In this document: positions 58,330 through 64,000 of the stretch, piece by piece
Layout: each line of letters starts with the position of its first letter
Numbering within the stretch: position 1 is the first letter of the stretch
Source of the DNA: Acidobacteriota bacterium
GTDB lineage: Bacteria > Acidobacteriota > Thermoanaerobaculia > Gp7-AA8
Direction: 5' to 3'
DNA: 64,000 nucleotides
NCBI GenBank assembly: GCA_019244185.1
Contig: JAFATB010000022.1
Location: 64,001 to 128,000 of the forward strand
Translations under genes and position numbers: made by a program
The notes under the pieces: generated by a model
The model's input: the letters and a program-made list of their open reading frames with translations, nothing else
The model's database searches: none
What the model was told of the DNA's origin: nothing

Positions 58330-59487
58330 TCACGGACAGGGGCGCGGCACTGGGTTCGGTGGATCGAAGTAAACGGGATCGTTCACGGGATCGAGATGAA
58401 TCCCTCCGGCTTCGATCTGCTCGACGATGAGCTTCGCGACCGTGCTTCCGACCAGCTGTCCGAAGGTGTGGTCGCTGCGCCAATGCACGCCCGCCCACAG
58501 TCGCGCCATGCCCGTGTTGTCAGCGAGCCGGCGCAACTCCTCGGTGTACTGCGGGAAGAAGGCGATGAGGAGCGTCGCCGCGGCGGCCGAGTACGTGCTG
58601 TGTCCGGATGGATACGCGGGATGACGCGGCGTGCCTGGCGTCGGCTGACTCGGATCGGTCGTGAGAAGGTCCGCCACGAACGACTCCGGCACCTGTGGTT
58701 CCGGACGATTTGCAGGCGACGGCAGCGGCTGCGCGCCGAACGGAAGCGCACGCCGTTCGCCGTCCGCGGAGTTCGTGCTGTTCGGCACGCGGTCAAACAG
58801 CACGTCTAGCTTCTCGTAGCACTCCCACGGCCGAGGCCGGAACTGCACGCCCGGACCGCCGCGCCATTTGAAGTACCACGCCGCCTGCAGCGCACTGTAG
58901 ATCGCCGTGTCGAGGGCCGCCCACACCAACGCCTGCCGCGGCGGCGACCAGAGCGTCTCGCGGATCATGTAGTTGAGCGCATGCCGGAACTGCAGCCCGG
59001 GCGTTTCCGACTCGAAATAGCGCGCGAGCTCGCGACCGGAGTTGATGACGGGGAACGCGCCGTCGCGCGCGGTGTTGACGACGGCACCGAGCGGCTGCGG
59101 ACGGAGTTGCAAAAACGGGCTCAGTGGCAGGCGGTCGCGCTGCGGCTCCTGCTGCGGGGTCATCGTGGCGCGATGGGAGACGGCGGCCGCTTCGTCGCGA
59201 AGGCGCGCCAGCATGATCAGCTCTTCGAGCTCGATGCGCAGCGTATCGACGTCGGTCGGATACTGATTTGCGGAGGGATCTACCCGGCTCAGTAGCTCAT
59301 CGAGCGTCACGGGCCGGGGGAACGGACACAGATCGCCGCCGGCCCCGCGGCACTCGATCCACCAACTCGCCTGCGGGTCCACCTGCGGACCCTTCAACGC
59401 ATACTTGTCGTTTTTCTTGCAGGTCAGTTTCTCGTTCGTCGGTTTACCTGAGTCTGCACGTAACGCATGAGGAGAAATCTCGACCAT
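58330..59487 (-). CDS. Vanadium-dependent haloperoxidase / PAP2 superfamily protein
   Basis: AWYFKW...RP, PRHPAYPSGHS, ARLWAGVHWRSD. ATG 59487 has an AGGAGG RBS. Confidence 0.78.
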   Translation of the reverse strand: MVEISPHALRADSGKPTNEKLTCKKNDKYALKGPQVDPQASWWIECRGAGGDLCPFPRPVTLDELLSRVDPSANQYPTDVDTLRIELEELIMLARLRDEAAAVSHRATMTPQQEPQRDRLPLSPFLQLRPQPLGAVVNTARDGAFPVINSGRELARYFESETPGLQFRHALNYMIRETLWSPPRQALVWAALDTAIYSALQAAWYFKWRGGPGVQFRPRPWECYEKLDVLFDRVPNSTNSADGERRALPFGAQPLPSPANRPEPQVPESFVADLLTTDPSQPTPGTPRHPAYPSGHSTYSAAAATLLIAFFPQYTEELRRLADNTGMARLWAGVHWRSDHTFGQLVGSTVAKLIVEQIEAGGIHLDPVNDPVYFDPPNPVPRPCP

Positions 59488-59546
59488 GTCGCCTCCTGGA
59501 GCGGCGCTGCCGCTCATTCATAGGAGTGACGCCGGGACGTTTTTCC

Positions 59547-61046
59547 TTACGGTCGCCGCCGTCTGCGCCGGGCGTTGCCGGAGGGAGAGGCGGGGGAGGT
59601 GGACGTGTCGGGACGTGATGGGCGCGGCGAGTGGGCGTCGCCGCGCGGCGCGCTGTTCGTGCGCGAGGCATTGCCGTGCATGGCGTTCGTGCGCGGCGCA
59701 CTCGCGTTGCGCGGCGCGTTCGCCTGCGTGCGTGGCGCGCTCGCGTTGCGCGGCGCGTTCGTTTGCGTGCGCCCCGCATTCGCCTGCCCCCGCCCGCCGC
59801 CCGGCTGCGCCTGGGCGCGGCGTTCCGCTTTCGCGGCGGCGCGGGCGCGGTCTTCAGCCTTCTTCGCGCGGATCGCCGCGATGCGCTCGTGGATCGGGAT
59901 CTCGAGCTTCTCGGCCGGCTTTCGCGTGTAGTCGAAGTCGGGCACGGTCACGCGCGGCAGGCGCTTGTTGATGGCGCGCTCGATGGCGCGCAGGTCGTTC
60001 TCCTCGTCCGGCGCGACGAACGTGATCGCGTCGCCGGTGAGCTCCGCGCGCGCCGTGCGCCCCACGCGATGGATGTAGTCCTCGGGGATGTTCGGCACGT
60101 CGAAGTTCACGACGTGCGAGAGCGCCTCGACGTCGATGCCGCGCGCGGCGATGTCCGTCGCGACGAGGATGCGGTACTTGCCCGACTTGAAGCCCGCCAG
60201 CGCTTCCGTGCGCTGCAGCTGGCTGCGGTTGCCGTGGATGCGCGCCGCGTTGACCTTGCTCCGTTCGAGCTGTTCGAAGACGCGGTTTGCGCGATGCTTC
60301 GTGCGCGTGAAGACGATCGCGCTGCGGATCTCGCCGCGGTCGAGCAGCGTCTCGAGCAGCGACATCTTCAGCTCCTGCGACACCGGAAAGACCGACTGCG
60401 TGATGCCGACCGCCGGCGCGGCCTTCCGCTCGATGGCGATCATGGCCGGGTTCTTCAGCATCTCGCGCGAGAGCTCGACGATCGGCGGCGGCAGCGTCGC
60501 GGAGAAGAAGAGCGTCTGCCGCTTCACCGGCAGATGCTTGAGCACGCGGCGGATGTCGGGGAGGAAGCCCATGTCCAGCATGCGATCGGCTTCGTCGAGT
60601 ACGAGGATCTCCAGCGCGTCGAGCTTCGCGTACGGACGCTGGAAGTGATCGAGCAGGCGCCCGGGCGTCGCGACGAGCACGTCGACGCCGCTGCGGAACG
60701 CGTGCTCCTGCGGCCCCATGCCGACGCCGCCGTAGATCGCCGCGCCGGAGAGCGGCGTGTGCACGGCGAGATCGCGCAGGTGCTCGTCGATCTGCGCCGC
60801 GAGCTCCCGCGTCGGCGTGAGGATCAGCGCGCGCGTCGTGCCGCGTTTCTTGCCGATGAGGCGCTGCAGGATGGGCAGGAGAAACGCGGCCGTCTTGCCG
60901 CTGCCGGTGGCCGCGGCGGCGAGGACGTCGCGTCCTTCGATCGCCGGAGGGATGGCGTCGCTTTGAATCGGCGTGGGGCGCGTGAAGCCGAGCTCTTTGA
61001 CTCCACGCAGCAAATCGGGGTGCAGACCAAATGCAGTGAATGGCAT
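59547..61046 (-). CDS. rhlE: DEAD-box RNA helicase (RhlE-like)
   Basis: Q motif PTPIQ, ATGSGKT, PTRELA, TPGRL, DEAD, SAT, ARGID, HRVGRTAR, and a basic low-complexity tail. Confidence 0.93.
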   Translation of the reverse strand: MPFTAFGLHPDLLRGVKELGFTRPTPIQSDAIPPAIEGRDVLAAAATGSGKTAAFLLPILQRLIGKKRGTTRALILTPTRELAAQIDEHLRDLAVHTPLSGAAIYGGVGMGPQEHAFRSGVDVLVATPGRLLDHFQRPYAKLDALEILVLDEADRMLDMGFLPDIRRVLKHLPVKRQTLFFSATLPPPIVELSREMLKNPAMIAIERKAAPAVGITQSVFPVSQELKMSLLETLLDRGEIRSAIVFTRTKHRANRVFEQLERSKVNAARIHGNRSQLQRTEALAGFKSGKYRILVATDIAARGIDVEALSHVVNFDVPNIPEDYIHRVGRTARAELTGDAITFVAPDEENDLRAIERAINKRLPRVTVPDFDYTRKPAEKLEIPIHERIAAIRAKKAEDRARAAAKAERRAQAQPGGGRGQANAGRTQTNAPRNASAPRTQANAPRNASAPRTNAMHGNASRTNSAPRGDAHSPRPSRPDTSTSPASPSGNARRRRRRP

Positions 61047-61097
61047 CGCGGCGGATGGTCTCACATCGCGGCGCGCGCGCCACGTAGAATGCGTTCC

Positions 61098-62357
<1,260 letters not shown>

Positions 62358-62456
62358 CCTTCAACAACTCGCGTGTTGCCAATCGGTTACGAAAGTAGGC
62401 CCGAAACTCGCTTTTGGTGGTGACGCTACCACGAGGAGCAGGAGGAAAAGGCTTCC

Positions 62457-64000
62457 ATGCAAGCACGCGCCAACGGGTCCCGAGTTCTGGCCTGGTTCTT
62501 TGTCGTCACGATCATCGCGGGCAGCGCCTTCGCGGCCACGACGCCGGCGAGCGGCACGCTCTCCCCATCCAACCCGACGCTCAGCTTCAGCGGCGGACCG
62601 TATTCGATCTCGAACCCGTCGGCCGCCACGGGCGAAACGCCGCCGGTGTGCACGGACGCCACGTGCGGCGTGTACACGCTGACGGTCAACATCCCGTCGA
62701 CCGACTTCAACTCGTACAAGGCCGCGATCTCGGTCGGCTGGACGAACAGCGGCACGACGACGCAGGGCGCGACGACGAGCGACTTCGACGTCTACGTCTA
62801 CTCGCCCGATTTCAGCGGCACGGAGGTCGGCAGCTCGGCGAGCGCACTGAATCCGGAGTCGACTTCCTTCCCGGTGACGAACGGCACGTACACGATCTAC
62901 GTGGCGCCGTTCGACGTCTCGCCGAGCGTCACCTTCAACGCGACGCTCACGCTCTCGCGCGTCACGCAGACGACGTGGCCGTCGCCGTCGCCCGCGCCGC
63001 CGCTGCCCGCCGGCACGCCGCGCTTCTTCAACTACCACGCGCCTCCGGGCGTCGCCGAAGACGCGGGCGAGCCGTCCATCGGCGTCAATCGGAAGACCGA
63101 GAAAGTCTTCGGCGGCATCCCGAACGGCGGCACCGTCAACTACTTCGGCGGCTTCCTGCCGTACATGCTCAGCGTGACGTTCGACGATCGCACGACGCCC
63201 GCCACCACGACGTGGAATCAGGTGCCGCTCGTCCTCGCGAACGCGGCGCGCGTCTTCGGCGATCCGATCCTCTTCACCGATCGCGACACCGGCCGCACCT
63301 TCGTCTCCCAGGAGCTCGGCCTCACGCCGCTCGGCAGCACGATGGAGTTCACCGACAACGACAACGCGCCGCTCATGCCGAGCATGGGCTCGGGCGCGCC
63401 GTCGGGCGTCGATCACCAGACCGTCGCCGGCGGCCCGTACCACGCGCCGATCCCGACGGGCGTCAATCCGCTCTATCCGAACGGCGTCTGGTATTGCTCG
63501 CAGGCGATCGCGTACGCGGTCTGCTCGATCAGTCTCGACGGCGGCGTGACCTTCGGCCCCGCGGTGCCGATGTACGGCGTGCAGGACTGCGCCGGCATCC
63601 ACGGACATCTGAAGATCGGGCGTGACGGAACGGCGTATCTCCCGAACCGCGCCTGCGGCGGCGATCTGCCGTATCACCCGAACGGACATCCCGCGCTCAT
63701 CGTCTCGGAGAACAACGGCATCACCTGGTCGATCCGCCCGCTGACGCAGGCGACCACGATGGACGATCGCGATCCGTCCGTCGCCGTCGCCGAGGACGGC
63801 ACGGTGTACTTCGCGTATCAGGCCGCGGACGGCCACTCGCACGTCGCCGTGTCGAAGGACAAAGGTCTGACGTGGATCCGCGACACCGACGTCGGCGCGT
63901 CGATGCACATCGAGAACGCGCTCTTCCACGCGGCGGTGGCCGGCGACGGCAACCGCGCGGCGGTCGCGTACTTCGGCACGGAGACCGCGGGCGCGTACAG
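62457..64000 (+). CDS. Secreted sialidase-like/Asp-box protein with N-terminal PPC-like domain (runs off right edge)
   Basis: Not in the ORF track. Manual translation from ATG 62457 (AGGAGG upstream) gives MQARANGSRVLAWFFVVTIIAGSAFAATTPASGTLS..., DFDVYVY, GEPSIG, and Asp boxes SLDGGVTF, SENNGITW, SKDKGLTW. Confidence 0.75.
   Translation, partial: MQARANGSRVLAWFFVVTIIAGSAFAATTPASGTLSPSNPTLSFSGGPYSISNPSAATGETPPVCTDATCGVYTLTVNIPSTDFNSYKAAISVGWTNSGTTTQGATTSDFDVYVYSPDFSGTEVGSSASALNPESTSFPVTNGTYTIYVAPFDVSPSVTFNATLTLSRVTQTTWPSPSPAPPLPAGTPRFFNYHAPPGVAEDAGEPSIGVNRKTEKVFGGIPNGGTVNYFGGFLPYMLSVTFDDRTTPATTTWNQVPLVLANAARVFGDPILFTDRDTGRTFVSQELGLTPLGSTMEFTDNDNAPLMPSMGSGAPSGVDHQTVAGGPYHAPIPTGVNPLYPNGVWYCSQAIAYAVCSISLDGGVTFGPAVPMYGVQDCAGIHGHLKIGRDGTAYLPNRACGGDLPYHPNGHPALIVSENNGITWSIRPLTQATTMDDRDPSVAVAEDGTVYFAYQAADGHSHVAVSKDKGLTWIRDTDVGASMHIENALFHAAVAGDGNRAAVAYFGTETAGAY

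Noticed and set aside
59689-59770. 39-bp tandem repeat
   Set aside because: Encodes the low-complexity NAPRNASAPRTQ tail of the DEAD-box helicase, which is ordinary.

Overview
High-GC bacterial DNA. The gene mix (VPS10/BNR-repeat proteins, Oar-like TonB receptor, DUF5916, M56/BlaI) suggests Acidobacteriota, possibly Thermoanaerobaculia-like; this is inference. All family calls come from motifs read by eye and recalled family knowledge, and no searches were run. The highlight is a biosynthetic cluster at 1-10452 that runs off the left edge. It carries homologues of the valanimycin N-N/azoxy machinery (VlmH-like amine N-hydroxylase, VlmO-like membrane protein, VlmB-like diiron enzyme), an APH-type kinase, a FemAB/GNAT-like transferase fragment and an MmgE/PrpD (VlmK-like) lyase. 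Divergently transcribed is a 1620-aa FAAL-ACP-class III aminotransferase-acyl-ACP-reductase fusion that could make a long-chain alkylamine, so the predicted product is a lipid azoxy/hydrazine metabolite. The rest holds a TonB+ABC importer operon ending in an A-T-TE NRPS-like gene, a membrane patatin-like protein with sixA, two VPS10/BNR proteins, an adenosine-deaminase-like protein, a 20x21-bp tandem array, degenerate attC-like palindromes next to small orphan ORFs, and two PAS kinases. It also has a secreted phospholipase D, an alkylsulfatase/TonB/cupredoxin/multicopper oxidase operon, a 130-bp palindrome, a BlaI/M56 pair with operator, DUF5916, GH15, a vanadium-haloperoxidase/PAP2 protein, RhlE, a Tat-exported sarcosine-oxidase-like protein and a truncated Asp-box protein. 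No rRNA, tRNA, CRISPR array, integrase or transposase was seen.
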